A stretch of 41,038 nt of DNA from contig JABMPX010000002.1 in the NCBI GenBank assembly GCA_013203625.1, positions 1 to 41,038 on the forward strand, written 5' to 3'. Shown piece after piece: positions 28,490 to 38,389 of the stretch; position 1 is the stretch's first letter, and every line of letters begins with the position of its first letter. Made by a program: the position numbers and the translations under genes. The DNA is from Parcubacteria group bacterium. GTDB taxonomy: Bacteria; Patescibacteriota; Minisyncoccia; Portnoybacterales; UBA2143. A model generated the notes under the pieces. The model did not search any database. It worked only from the letters and a program-made list of their open reading frames with translations, and was not told the DNA's origin.

Positions 28490-29332
28490 TTATTTTCTTT
28501 TTTTCTTTGCTCTTCTTTTTAAAATTAATTTACTACTTGCTTTTTTCTTTTTTCTTGTCTTTACTCCATAAGCCAATTTCCCCCAAGGAGTTTTTGGCCC
28601 TCTTCTTAAACCAATTGACTGGCGGTTTTCTCCTCCGCCATGCGGATGATCGCAAGCATTCATTGCTGAACCGCGCACTGTTGGCCGACGGCCCATCCAA
28701 CGGCTCCGACCAGCCTTGCCAATAACTACTGCGCCATGCTCTAAATTACTTATTTGCCCAAGACTAGCAAGACAGTTCTCTTTAACCATTCTTATCTCCC
28801 CAGAAGGCAATTTAAGGTGTGTATAGCCGCCTTCATGAGCCATTGCTTGAGCGCTACTGCCAGCTGAACGGACTATTTGTCCGCCTCGATTAGGAAAAAG
28901 TTCAATGTTATATACAAAACTGCCAGGCAAAATATTCTTTAATTGCATTCTATTGCCAATCTTTAATTTTGCTTTTTCCTGACAAATAACTTCATCGCCA
29001 ATTTTAATGCCATCAGGAGCTAAAACATATCTTTTTTCTCCATCTAAATAGTTCAAAAGAGCTATAAAACAGCTTCTATTAGGATCGTACTCTAATGAAG
29101 CCACCTTAGCTGGAACACCCATCTTATCACAGCGTTTGAAATCAATCAATCTATATTTCCGCTTATGTCCGCCGCCTTTATGCCTTACTGTGATTCTGCC
29201 GCGATAACCTCTTCCAGCTTTTTCAACTAATTTTTTAGTTAATTTTTTAGCTGGCTTAGTTTTAGTTAAGACAGAATAATCAACTGAAGTCATTCCTCTT
29301 CTGCCTGGCGTAGTTGGTTTATAACGTTTCAT
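28490..29332 (-). CDS. rplB: 50S ribosomal protein uL2
   Basis: EYDPNR, RSAG, DHPHGGG. Confidence 0.98.
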   Translation of the reverse strand: MKRYKPTTPGRRGMTSVDYSVLTKTKPAKKLTKKLVEKAGRGYRGRITVRHKGGGHKRKYRLIDFKRCDKMGVPAKVASLEYDPNRSCFIALLNYLDGEKRYVLAPDGIKIGDEVICQEKAKLKIGNRMQLKNILPGSFVYNIELFPNRGGQIVRSAGSSAQAMAHEGGYTHLKLPSGEIRMVKENCLASLGQISNLEHGAVVIGKAGRSRWMGRRPTVRGSAMNACDHPHGGGENRQSIGLRRGPKTPWGKLAYGVKTRKKKKASSKLILKRRAKKKRK

Positions 29333-29339
29333 ATTAATT

Positions 29340-29777
29340 TTATCTAGGCAATAATTCTATTTTCTCCCCTTTTTCTAAAGTCACAATCGCCTTTTTAAAT
29401 CCCTTTTTTAATCCATGCCGCCATCCCTGGCTTTTGCCTAGGCGCCTTCTCTTTGAAGGCATGTGAATCATACTCACTTTCTTTACTTTCACCCCATAAA
29501 GAGATTCTATGGCTTTTTTTGTTTCTGTTTTGTTGGCTTTTGGAGAAACTTTAAAAATATATTTATCTTGTTCTGTTAAGAGAGTTGCTTTTTCAGTAAT
29601 ATGCGGCTCTCTAATAACTTGATAAATTCGCGGTGTTTGCTTGCCAATGATTTTTCTTGGCAATACTTCCTCTTTTGGCTTCTCTTTTTCAACCTTTTTC
29701 TCTACTTTTTCTTTTGTTTTCCCGCCAGCAGCGGGTTCGCCTTTGGCGAATTTTCTAAATTTATCTAATAAAGACAT
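29340..29777 (-). CDS. rplW: 50S ribosomal protein uL23 with an N-terminal extension
   Basis: PHITEKA, ANK, KKAIVTL. Confidence 0.95.
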   Translation of the reverse strand: MSLLDKFRKFAKGEPAAGGKTKEKVEKKVEKEKPKEEVLPRKIIGKQTPRIYQVIREPHITEKATLLTEQDKYIFKVSPKANKTETKKAIESLYGVKVKKVSMIHMPSKRRRLGKSQGWRHGLKKGFKKAIVTLEKGEKIELLPR

Positions 29778-29787
29778 GGTTTTAAAA

Positions 29788-30432
29788 TTATTTTAAATAG
29801 GTTTTCTCAATCACTTTAATTGAATCTTGTAAAATTAATAGATATTGATGCGTTAAAATGTCTAAAACATTTAAACTGTCTGCTCTGATCGTCTTTGTTT
29901 TAGGAATATTTTTGACTGATTGGCTAATTTTCAAATCTGTTTTAGGCAAAACAATTAAAACGCTTTTATTTAAATTCTTTTTGAGTTTTGTTTTTAAATC
30001 ATTAATTATTTCAACCATTAATTTAGTTTTTCTTTTTGTTAATTCTATATTGTCTAATAAAATTATCTCTTTATCTTTTAATTTAGAAGACAAAGTCATT
30101 AATAAAGCTTTTTGCTTCATTTTTTTATTAATTTTCTTACTAAAATTCCTATCTTTGGTTGGCCCAAAAGTTACTCCGCCGCCCCGCCAAATTGGAGAAC
30201 GAATAGAACCATGTCTTGCTCTGCCAGTTCCTTTTTGCCTCCATGGCTTGCGGCCTCCGCCGCGTTTTTCACTCCTGTCTTTAGTATGGGCTATGACCTT
30301 TCGCGAATTAGCCATCTGAGCAACAACTGCTTGATGGACCAAATCCTGATTCATCTTCACGCCAAAAATTTCAGCCGGCAATTTGGCTTTTCCTGTTTCC
30401 TCGCCTTTTTGATTGTATATCTTAATAAGCAT
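29788..30432 (-). CDS. rplD: 50S ribosomal protein uL4
   Basis: GGGRKPWRQKGTGRARHGS. Confidence 0.98.
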   Translation of the reverse strand: MLIKIYNQKGEETGKAKLPAEIFGVKMNQDLVHQAVVAQMANSRKVIAHTKDRSEKRGGGRKPWRQKGTGRARHGSIRSPIWRGGGVTFGPTKDRNFSKKINKKMKQKALLMTLSSKLKDKEIILLDNIELTKRKTKLMVEIINDLKTKLKKNLNKSVLIVLPKTDLKISQSVKNIPKTKTIRADSLNVLDILTHQYLLILQDSIKVIEKTYLK

Positions 30433-30435
30433 AAT

Positions 30436-30454
30436 ATTTTAAGGACTGTCCTTG
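30436..30454. repeat. Single 19-bp arm of the 62-bp element, overlapping the rplC stop
   Basis: ATTTTAAGGACTGTCCTTG, identical to the terminal arm of copies 1 and 2. Confidence 0.9.
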
Positions 30455-31143
30455 ATTTCTTTCTTCCCGGCTTTTTTCTTCTGAGCGTCTGCTTCTTGCT
30501 TTTCTAAATCAGCCATTAGTTTTTCTTCTTTCTCTTCTTTAACAGCTTTAATCTCTTTAGTGACTACTATTTCTAAAAGAGTTCCTTTTCTGCCTGGAAT
30601 TGCTCCTTTAATAGCTATTAAGTTGTTTTCTTTATCTATATCAGCTATTTTCAGTCCTTGAACAACTATTCTATCGTTTCCCATGCGACCAGCCATTTTT
30701 CTTCCTTTTACAACTCTTTCTGGAAAAGCCGAGCCAATTGAACCAGGCGCCCTTTCAGTATGTTTAGTCCCATGAGATGCTGGCATGCCGGCAAATCCAT
30801 GCCGCTTTACCACTCCTTGGAATCCCTTGCCTTTAGAAATGCCTGTTACTTTAACTACTTCACCTGGATTAAATAAAGAAACATTAATTTCATCATTGAT
30901 TTTTAAATCATTTTTCGGAAACTCTTTTAAATAACGGAAAGCTTTGCCTTTCTGCGATTTTTTTATTCTCTTCTCCTTTATTTCTTCAAAGCCAATCTGA
31001 ACAGCAGAATAGCCGTCTTTTTCTTTAGTTTTTATTTGGAGAACAAAACAAGGCCCAGCCTCAATTAAAGTTACTGGGACAACTCGGCCATCTTGATTAA
31101 AAACTTGAGTCATTCCTATTTTTTTTCCTAAAATAAATTTCAT
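30439..31143 (-). CDS. rplC: 50S ribosomal protein uL3
   Basis: GKKIGMTQ, KGKGFQG, PGSIG; charged tail ending KDSP. Confidence 0.98.
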   Translation of the reverse strand: MKFILGKKIGMTQVFNQDGRVVPVTLIEAGPCFVLQIKTKEKDGYSAVQIGFEEIKEKRIKKSQKGKAFRYLKEFPKNDLKINDEINVSLFNPGEVVKVTGISKGKGFQGVVKRHGFAGMPASHGTKHTERAPGSIGSAFPERVVKGRKMAGRMGNDRIVVQGLKIADIDKENNLIAIKGAIPGRKGTLLEIVVTKEIKAVKEEKEEKLMADLEKQEADAQKKKAGKKEIKDSP

Positions 31144-31162
31144 AAAAGTTAATTTGCCAATA

Positions 31163-31189
31163 AAATACCGGGCATTAAACCCGGTATTT
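31163..31189 (-). terminator. Perfect 10-bp hairpin between rpsJ and rplC (terminator/attenuator-like)
   Basis: AAATACCGGG-CATTAAA-CCCGGTATTT; U-rich 3' side on the minus strand. Confidence 0.55.
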
Positions 31190-31226
31190 GATAAGGGATA
31201 TTGCCGAAATAATTAATTAGAAATAA

Positions 31227-31559
31227 TCATATTGTTTTTATTTCAATATCAACACCAGCTGGCAATGTTAAACCCATTAAAGCGTCTATAATTTTTGGGC
31301 CAGGACTGATAATATCAATTAATCGCTTATGAACCCTCATTTCATACTGTTCTCGCGAATCTTTATGGACAAAACTGGAACGATTAATCGTATATTTATG
31401 AATTTCTGTTGGTAAGGGAACCGGACCGCAAATTTTAGCGCCATAACGATCAACCGCCTCAACAATTTGCTTTACTGATTGGTCAATAAGCTTATGATCG
31501 TATGCTTGAATTTTGATACGGATCTTCTGTTTGACTTCCTTTTCTTTTTTAGGTGCCAT
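31227..31559 (-). CDS. rpsJ: 30S ribosomal protein uS10
   Basis: KIRIK..AYDH, GPVPLPT, SREQ.E.R.HKRLIDI. Confidence 0.98.
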   Translation of the reverse strand: MAPKKEKEVKQKIRIKIQAYDHKLIDQSVKQIVEAVDRYGAKICGPVPLPTEIHKYTINRSSFVHKDSREQYEMRVHKRLIDIISPGPKIIDALMGLTLPAGVDIEIKTI

Positions 31560-31579
31560 TGTTAATTAATTCAAAATAA

Positions 31580-32779
31580 TTATTTTATTATTTTAGTCAC
31601 TACTCCAGCGCCAACTGTTTTGCCGCCTTCTCTAAGAGCAAATCTTTGCTTGTTTTCCAAAGCAACTGGAGTTACTAATTTAATTTTTAAATTAACTGTA
31701 TCTCCAGGCATAACCATTTCAGTCCCTTCGGGTAAAGAAACATCTCCAGTAACATCACTCGTTCTAATGAAAAATTGAGGCTTGTACCCGCTAAAGAAAG
31801 GTGTGTGACGTCCGCCTTCTTCTTTGCTTAAGATATATACCTCGCCTTCAAATTCTTGATGAGGAGTAACACTTCCTGGTTTAGTCAAAACCTGACCTCT
31901 TTCAATGTCTTCTCTTTTAGTGCCTCTTAAAAGAATTCCAGTATTATCTCCAGCCTGTCCTTCATCAAGTGATTTATTAAACATTTCTATGCCAGTTACT
32001 ACTGTTTTCTGAGTATCTTTAACGCCAATAATTTCAACTTCATCATTGATCTTAATCTTGCCACGTTCAATTCTTCCAGTAGCAACAGTTCCTCGCCCTT
32101 CTATAGAGAAAACATCCTCAATTGGCATTAAGAAAGGTTCGTCAACTGCTCGAACTGGCTCAGGTATGCTTTCATCAACAGCTTTCATTAACTGCATAAT
32201 TGGTCCGCATTTAGGACAATCTTCTTTGCCGCATCCGCATTCTACAGCCTGTAAAGCAGAACCTCGGATAATAGGAATTTTATCTCCTTCAAATTCATAC
32301 TTGCTTAAAAGTTCTCTAATTTCCTGCTCAACCAAATCAATTAATTCAGAATCATCAACCTGATCAACCTTGTTTAAAAATACAACTAAAGCTGGCAAGC
32401 CAACTTGGCGAGCTAAAAGAATATGTTCTCGCGTTTGAGGCATTGGACCATCTGAAGCAGAAACCACTAAGATTCCTCCATCCATCTGGGCTGCCCCAGT
32501 AATCATATTTTTAATATAGTCAGCATGTCCTGGACAATCAATATGAGCATAATGACGTTTTTCTGTCTCGTACTCAACATGAGCCACAGCAATGGTCAAG
32601 CCACGGGCTTTTTCTTCAGGCGCGTTATCAATATCATCAACGCCTTTATCCTGAGACTTAAAACCAGCTGCTTTTAAACATTTTAAAATAGCCGCTGTTA
32701 ATGTGGTTTTACCATGGTCAACATGACCAATAGTTCCTACATTAAGATGTGGCTTAGTTCTTTCAAATTTCTCAGCCAT
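31580..32779 (-). CDS. tuf: Elongation factor Tu
   Basis: [18 protein letters not shown]; start reassigned to ATG 32779 (MAEKFERTK). Confidence 0.99.
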   Translation of the reverse strand: MAEKFERTKPHLNVGTIGHVDHGKTTLTAAILKCLKAAGFKSQDKGVDDIDNAPEEKARGLTIAVAHVEYETEKRHYAHIDCPGHADYIKNMITGAAQMDGGILVVSASDGPMPQTREHILLARQVGLPALVVFLNKVDQVDDSELIDLVEQEIRELLSKYEFEGDKIPIIRGSALQAVECGCGKEDCPKCGPIMQLMKAVDESIPEPVRAVDEPFLMPIEDVFSIEGRGTVATGRIERGKIKINDEVEIIGVKDTQKTVVTGIEMFNKSLDEGQAGDNTGILLRGTKREDIERGQVLTKPGSVTPHQEFEGEVYILSKEEGGRHTPFFSGYKPQFFIRTSDVTGDVSLPEGTEMVMPGDTVNLKIKLVTPVALENKQRFALREGGKTVGAGVVTKIIK

Positions 32780-32894
32780 AATAACTATGGGCAATAAACA
32801 ATGGATAACGAACAACAAAAAATAATTGGTCGCTATTAAATGTTTTTACCTTTAATTAACTTATTTTAAATTTTATATGCTTTATGTAAATATA

Positions 32895-32923
32895 AGTTTA
32901 CAAAACATCCTCCACTTAGTCAA
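32895..32923 (-). promoter_or_regulatory. Internal sigma70-type promoter for tuf and the S10 cluster
   Basis: TTGACT-17 bp-TAAACT. Confidence 0.6.
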
Positions 32924-32945
32924 TACCCTGTATCTTTATATTAGC

Positions 32946-33167
32946 TTAAAAAGGCAGATCTTCTACTTTGACCGCTTGATTATCTGTTTCAGTTTCAGGA
33001 ACTTCAATTTGTTTATCCTCTTTTTCTTTCCATTCATTAATGTCTTTATTAACTTCTTCTACTTCATCATCTATTTTCATTACCAAATAAGTCGGTTCAT
33101 TCTCTTCTATTATAATACACTTTCCGCCTTGTTTTTGCAAGATTTTTTTAATAGTTTTCCACAACAT
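32946..33167 (-). CDS. Small protein, 73 aa: Phd/YefM-like N-terminal pattern with an acidic tail ending EDLPF
   Basis: Co-oriented ORF filling the fusA-tuf gap, with a protein-like composition. Confidence 0.75.
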   Translation of the reverse strand: MLWKTIKKILQKQGGKCIIIEENEPTYLVMKIDDEVEEVNKDINEWKEKEDKQIEVPETETDNQAVKVEDLPF

Positions 33168-33195
33168 AATAATTAATAATTTAAAATTTAAAATT

Positions 33196-35322
33196 TTATT
33201 TCTCTTCTCCTATAATCTTCTCTGCCACATTTTTTGGCACTTCAGCATAATGGCCAAATTCCATTGTAAAATTAGCTCGTCCTTGAGTTATTGACCTTAG
33301 CTGTGTTGCATAGCCAAACATGCCAGATAAAGGAACTTGTGCATTAATAACTTTAACTTTATTCATTTCTTCTCCTCTATCTTCCATTTCTTCAATTTTC
33401 CCACGTTTTGAACTTAAATCGCCGATAACATCTCCCATAAATTGTTCTGGAGTAATCACTTGCAGTTTCATAATTGGTTCTAAGAGAATTGGATTAGCTT
33501 GTTTAAATGCTTTCTGCAGAGCAATTGAACCAGCGATTTTAAAAGCTGATTCAGAGGAATCCACATCATGGAAAGATCCGTCATAAAGAGTTGTTTTAAT
33601 ATCGACCACTGGGTACCCAGCTAGAATACCTTTGCTCATTGCCTCTTTAATTCCTTTTTCCACAGCTGGAATGTATTCCTGCGGGATAACTCCTCCTTTA
33701 ATCGCATCAACAAATTCAAATCCTTTGCCTTGTTCCTGTGATTCAACTCGCAGCCAAACATGGCCGTATTGGCCGCGTCCGCCGCTCTGCTTAATATATT
33801 TTCCTTCAGCTTCTGCTGTATCCTTAATTGTTTCTTTATAAGCCACTTGCGGCTGGCCAATGTTCGCTTCTACTTTAAATTCTCTTAACATCCGATCAAC
33901 AAGAACTTCTAAATGCAGTTCTCCCATGCCGGAAATAATTGTTTGTCCTGTTTCTAAGTCTCCCTTGATTTTAAAAGTAGGATCTTCTTCAGCCAGTCGT
34001 TTCAAAGCCAAGCCCATTTTTTCCTGGTCAGCTTTTGTTTTTGGCTCAATAGCAATAGAAATAACTGGTTCTGGAAAAATTATTTTTTCTAAAATAACTG
34101 GATAATCTGGATCAGTTAAGGTATCGCCAGTAGTTGTGCTTTTTAACCCAACTACTGCAACAATATCACCAGCATAAATTTCTTTAATTTCTTCTCGCTT
34201 ATTAGAATGCATTCTTAAAACTCTGCCAACTCTCTCTTTATCCCCTGTACTTGAATTCAAAACATATGAACCGCTTGCTAAGGTACCAGAGTATAATCTT
34301 AAATAAGCCAATTGACCAACAAAAGGATCAGTAGCTACTTTAAAAACTAAAGCGGAAAACGATTCATCATCTTTACTTTCTTTGATTATTTTTTTTGTTT
34401 CGTCTTTTGGATCAAATCCTTGTACAGGAGGCATGTCAATTGGAGACGGCAAATAATCAATAACAGCATCTAATAAAAGCTGAATGCCTTTATTCTTTAA
34501 AGCAGAACCGCAGAAAACAGGAACTAGTTTATAATCAATAACTGCTTTGCGCAAAACTCGTCTTAAATCCTCTTCTTTAATTTCTTTATCATTTAAGTAC
34601 GCTTCTGTCAACTTCTCGTCCTGTTCAGCAATTTTCTCAATTAATTTTTCCCTATAATCCTTACTCTGTTTTTTTAATTCTTCAGGAATTTCTTCTTCAG
34701 TCATGTCTTGGCCATAGTCACCAGCAAATTTATACGCTTTCATTTTAATTAAATCAATTACTCCTTCATGCTTGTCTTCTAATCCAATAGGAATTTGCAT
34801 GGCTATTGCTTTTGGAGTTAGCCGTTCCCAGATTGATTTCAAGCTCGTTTCAAAATTAGCGCCGGTCCTGTCTAATTTATTAATAAGACAGATACGAGGC
34901 ACTTTGAATTTATCTGCCTGATGCCAAACTGTTTCTGATTGCGGTTCTACTCCAGCTACTCCGTCAAAAACAACTACTGCCCCGTCAAGAACCCTTAAGG
35001 AACGCTGGACTTCAACCGTGAAATCAATATGGCCAGGCGTATCAATTATATTAATCTTATGTTCATTCTCTTTGTTAGTCTCTTTAGATAAATATCCCCT
35101 AGGAGTCCAAAAACAAGTTGTGGCTGCAGAAGTAATAGTAATTCCTCGTTCTCTTTCTTGTTCCATCCAGTCCATAATTGCTTCTCCTTCGTGAACTTCG
35201 CCGATTTTATGAGAGATTCCAGTATAAAAAAGAACCCGTTCAGTTACGGTTGTTTTACCGGCGTCTATATGGGCAATAATGCCAATATCTCTTATTTTTT
35301 CAATAGGATACTCTCGTGCCAT
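33196..35322 (-). CDS. fusA: Elongation factor G
   Basis: [26 protein letters not shown]. Confidence 0.99.
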   Translation of the reverse strand: MAREYPIEKIRDIGIIAHIDAGKTTVTERVLFYTGISHKIGEVHEGEAIMDWMEQERERGITITSAATTCFWTPRGYLSKETNKENEHKINIIDTPGHIDFTVEVQRSLRVLDGAVVVFDGVAGVEPQSETVWHQADKFKVPRICLINKLDRTGANFETSLKSIWERLTPKAIAMQIPIGLEDKHEGVIDLIKMKAYKFAGDYGQDMTEEEIPEELKKQSKDYREKLIEKIAEQDEKLTEAYLNDKEIKEEDLRRVLRKAVIDYKLVPVFCGSALKNKGIQLLLDAVIDYLPSPIDMPPVQGFDPKDETKKIIKESKDDESFSALVFKVATDPFVGQLAYLRLYSGTLASGSYVLNSSTGDKERVGRVLRMHSNKREEIKEIYAGDIVAVVGLKSTTTGDTLTDPDYPVILEKIIFPEPVISIAIEPKTKADQEKMGLALKRLAEEDPTFKIKGDLETGQTIISGMGELHLEVLVDRMLREFKVEANIGQPQVAYKETIKDTAEAEGKYIKQSGGRGQYGHVWLRVESQEQGKGFEFVDAIKGGVIPQEYIPAVEKGIKEAMSKGILAGYPVVDIKTTLYDGSFHDVDSSESAFKIAGSIALQKAFKQANPILLEPIMKLQVITPEQFMGDVIGDLSSKRGKIEEMEDRGEEMNKVKVINAQVPLSGMFGYATQLRSITQGRANFTMEFGHYAEVPKNVAEKIIGEEK

Positions 35323-35331
35323 ATAATTAAA

Positions 35332-35802
35332 TTACCAAGAAAAGTGAGCAAAGGCTTTATTAGCGTCAGCCATTCTATGCGTATCTTCTTTTTTCTTTAC
35401 GGCTTCGCCTGTGTTTTTAGAAGCATTAAGCAATTCCTCAGCAAGTTTTTGAGCCATTGGCTTTCCTTTTTTTGACCTTGCAATCTGAATAATCCACCGT
35501 ATGGCTAAAGTGGTCTTTCTATCGCCACGCACTTCGCGAGGTATTTGATAATGGGCTCCTCCAACTCTCCGTGATTTCACTTCTACTAATGGAGAAACAT
35601 TTTTGATTGCTTGATCAAACACTTCTAAGGGATCTTTCCCTTTTACAGATTTCTCTATTATTTTAAAAGCATCATAAAATACTCTTTGAGCAACTGATTT
35701 TTTTCCGTCTTTTAATAAATAGTTAATAAACTTAGCAACTAAAGTGCTATTATATTTAGTATCTGGGATAATTGTCTTTTTTATTTTTCTTTTTCTACGC
35801 AT
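35332..35802 (-). CDS. rpsG: 30S ribosomal protein uS7
   Basis: EVKSRRVGGA.YQ, MADANKAFAH. Confidence 0.98.
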   Translation of the reverse strand: MRRKRKIKKTIIPDTKYNSTLVAKFINYLLKDGKKSVAQRVFYDAFKIIEKSVKGKDPLEVFDQAIKNVSPLVEVKSRRVGGAHYQIPREVRGDRKTTLAIRWIIQIARSKKGKPMAQKLAEELLNASKNTGEAVKKKEDTHRMADANKAFAHFSW

Positions 35803-35813
35803 AGTATTAGTTT

Positions 35814-35875
35814 AAAGGACAGTCCTTAAAATTACGTCCTTATTCACAAGGACGTCATTTTAAGGACTGTCCTTT
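35814..35875. repeat. 62-bp nested palindromic element, copy 3, overlapping the rpsL stop
   Basis: AAAGGACAGTCCTTAAAATTACGTCCTTATTCACAAGGACGTCATTTTAAGGACTGTCCTTT; 57/62 identical to copy 2. Confidence 0.95.
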
Positions 35876-36354
35876 GTTTCAGGACTTGAAGATTCTGATT
35901 CAGTTGTCTCAGCTTTTCCCCCTGCTCCTTCTTTTTTAACTGCTCCTTCTTGTTTTTTAGTTCCATAACGGCTTCTTTTCTGCTTGCGTCCATCTACTCC
36001 TTCTGTATCTAAGACCCCTCTAACTACATGATAGCGCACTCCAGGCAAATCTTTAACACGGCCACCGCGAATTAAAACAACTGAATGCTCTTGCAAGTTA
36101 TGCCCTTCGCCAGGAATATATGCAGTTACTTCCATTCCATTAGTCAATCTGACCCTAGCAACTTTCCGTAAGGCCGAGTTTGGTTTTTTAGGAGTCATTG
36201 TGTGTACTTTTAAGCAAACGCCTCGCTTAAAAGGAGAAGGCGTTCTTTTGGGTCTATTTTTTAATGAATTAAAACTTTTCCAAAGGGCTGGTGCTTTTGG
36301 TTTTTTCTTTGAAATTTTTCTTGGTTTTTTAATTAATTGATGAATAGTCGGCAT
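35860..36354 (-). CDS. rpsL: 30S ribosomal protein uS12 with a C-terminal extension
   Basis: [20 protein letters not shown]; tail ending KDSP. Confidence 0.98.
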   Translation of the reverse strand: MPTIHQLIKKPRKISKKKPKAPALWKSFNSLKNRPKRTPSPFKRGVCLKVHTMTPKKPNSALRKVARVRLTNGMEVTAYIPGEGHNLQEHSVVLIRGGRVKDLPGVRYHVVRGVLDTEGVDGRKQKRSRYGTKKQEGAVKKEGAGGKAETTESESSSPETKDSP

Positions 36355-36386
36355 TTTTTTAAAGTAAAAAAATAATCTACTTACTT

Positions 36387-36415
36387 AAAATAGCAGATTA
36401 CTATAATAGTGTCAA
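36387..36415 (-). promoter_or_regulatory. str operon promoter
   Basis: TTGACA-17 bp-TATTTT upstream of rpsL. Confidence 0.6.
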
Positions 36416-36423
36416 ACAGAATA

Positions 36424-37278
36424 TTATTTTGCCTGATGGATGACTCTTTGAGGAAAAGGGATTTCAATGCCTTCTCTGTCAAAGGCAATTTTAAGCTGTT
36501 TTCTTAACTCACCAAGCACTACCCACTGTTCCAATGGCTTAACCTCTCCTGATATTTTAATAATTACTGATGAATCAGCAAAATCATCAATTCTAACAAA
36601 CTCTGGCGCTTTAATAATTTTGTCTTTCCATTCTGAATCTTTAGCTATTTCTTCCCCAACTTGATTAACTACTTTAATTACCTTTTCTATATCAGTATCA
36701 TAAGCAATGCCTATCTTCATATTAACTCTGGCAAATTCTTTGGACAAATTAGATGCAATTTTTATCTCTCCATTTGGGATATGATGAACAGTGCCGTCTA
36801 TGTCGCGCAAAATAGTCATTCTTAAATTAATATTCTCTACTGTTCCTGCTATATCTCCAATTTTGACTACATCGCCTATTCTGTACTGATTTTCTAGAAT
36901 AATAAAAAGGCCGGTAAAGAAATCACGGATAATATATTGGGCGCCAAAACCGATTGCCAAGCCAAATACTCCAGCTCCAGCTAATAAAGGACCAATATTA
37001 ACTCCTAATTCTGAAACAACCATTAGAATTACTGCTGCCCAGATAATAACTTTTACTGTTCCCTCAAAAACACCAATCAAAGTATCCTCTCTTTTCTTTT
37101 CTTCCGCTGGAGATAAGGATCCTTTGGAAACAATCGCTTTTCTAATAATCCTATCAATCATTGCTCCGGCAAAATAACGGACAATAAAAGCGCCGACAAG
37201 AATAACAATAATTCTTATGCCATGAGCAAAAAACCAAGGGGTTATGCTGTTTATAATGTTTTGTAAAAACTCCTGCAT
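36424..37278 (-). CDS. mscS: Small-conductance mechanosensitive channel (MscS/YbiO-like)
   Basis: LLAGAGVFGLAIGFGAQ, ENQYRIGD, IPNG, GIEIPFPQ; start reassigned to ATG 37278. Confidence 0.92.
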   Translation of the reverse strand: MQEFLQNIINSITPWFFAHGIRIIVILVGAFIVRYFAGAMIDRIIRKAIVSKGSLSPAEEKKREDTLIGVFEGTVKVIIWAAVILMVVSELGVNIGPLLAGAGVFGLAIGFGAQYIIRDFFTGLFIILENQYRIGDVVKIGDIAGTVENINLRMTILRDIDGTVHHIPNGEIKIASNLSKEFARVNMKIGIAYDTDIEKVIKVVNQVGEEIAKDSEWKDKIIKAPEFVRIDDFADSSVIIKISGEVKPLEQWVVLGELRKQLKIAFDREGIEIPFPQRVIHQAK

Positions 37279-37420
37279 AGATTTATAATACCAGTATAAC
37301 AGATTTTTATAAAAAGAAAAGATCTGCTTTTTTAAATCAAGGTGGAATAAAAGATATGAGCCCGTTCTAAAAAAAGAAACGGGCCCAGTTTGCAAAATCT
37401 ATTAGTACGGCTCATAAGAA

Positions 37421-38389
37421 CTAAATGGCCTCTATGGTCGAAGGCGGCTTAGGCGCCTCATTAAAGGTCACACTAACCACGCTGGGAATTGCATCTATAA
37501 CCTCTTTGACCAGTATTTGTTTTACCCATTGCTGTAGATTTGTCGGTTGAGCTGTTCTTGCATCAACGCTTTCCCAGCATCTAACTTCAATTTGCTGGCC
37601 AAAAACCCTCTTGTTGTTTTTCATTCCAGTTACTTTATCTTCGTGCAAAATAGCCAGGTATTGAAAAGCGTTCGTGAATTCTAATGCTTCCTCAACAATC
37701 TCTGTGGCCTTCCTGACTATCTCCACCTTTTCGAAGGTCACTTCGCCGATTATCCGAGTAGCCAGCCCTGGGCCAGGAAAGGGTATCCTGTTATAAGCTG
37801 ATTCAGGCAACCCCAATGCGGCTGCAACTTTTCGCACTCCATCCTTGCGAAGTTGAACAAGAGGTTCAATTATTTTATACCCGAATTCCTTTTGAGGATC
37901 GATTCCTAACTGTTCAAAAACATTATGTTGTCTTTTAATGCCTGCTACCGTCTCATCGACATCAGTCAAAATAGTTCCTTGCAAGAGAAACTTAGCGCCA
38001 CTTTCCTCTACCAAATTGCCAAAAACTTTCTTATAGAAAGTTTGAGTGACTGCCTCTCTTTTTTCTTCAGGGTCAATAATGCCCTCAAGAGCATTAAAAA
38101 ACTCTTCTTGGGCATCGACTATCTCAATAGGAATACCCAACCCCTCAAAAAGAGAAGCCACTTGTTGAGACTCATCTTGTCTCATTAGGCCATTTTCAAT
38201 GAAAAAGGTTTTGAGTTTATTGCCCAGTGCCCTGTGACCAAGCATGGTCACGGCAGAGGAATCGACTCCGCCAGATAGAGCATTGATAGCCAAACCATCA
38301 CCAACTGTTTCTGATATTTCTCTTGTTTTAATTCTGATAAACGCCCCTGGTGTATTCAAAACTCCTATCATAATCTCTTGTATCGCCAT
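37421..38389 (-). CDS. guaA: GMP synthase ATP-pyrophosphatase subunit (GuaA subunit B type; no glutaminase domain)
   Basis: ALSGGVDS PP-loop, LLQGT, HNV, PFPGPGLA.R, KPPSTIE; SD GGAGGT. Confidence 0.85.
   Translation of the reverse strand: MAIQEIMIGVLNTPGAFIRIKTREISETVGDGLAINALSGGVDSSAVTMLGHRALGNKLKTFFIENGLMRQDESQQVASLFEGLGIPIEIVDAQEEFFNALEGIIDPEEKREAVTQTFYKKVFGNLVEESGAKFLLQGTILTDVDETVAGIKRQHNVFEQLGIDPQKEFGYKIIEPLVQLRKDGVRKVAAALGLPESAYNRIPFPGPGLATRIIGEVTFEKVEIVRKATEIVEEALEFTNAFQYLAILHEDKVTGMKNNKRVFGQQIEVRCWESVDARTAQPTNLQQWVKQILVKEVIDAIPSVVSVTFNEAPKPPSTIEAI

Noticed and set aside
11320-35875. CRISPR array interpretation of the palindromic repeat
   Set aside because: Copies are dispersed kilobases apart, 62 bp long, with no regular spacers and no cas genes.
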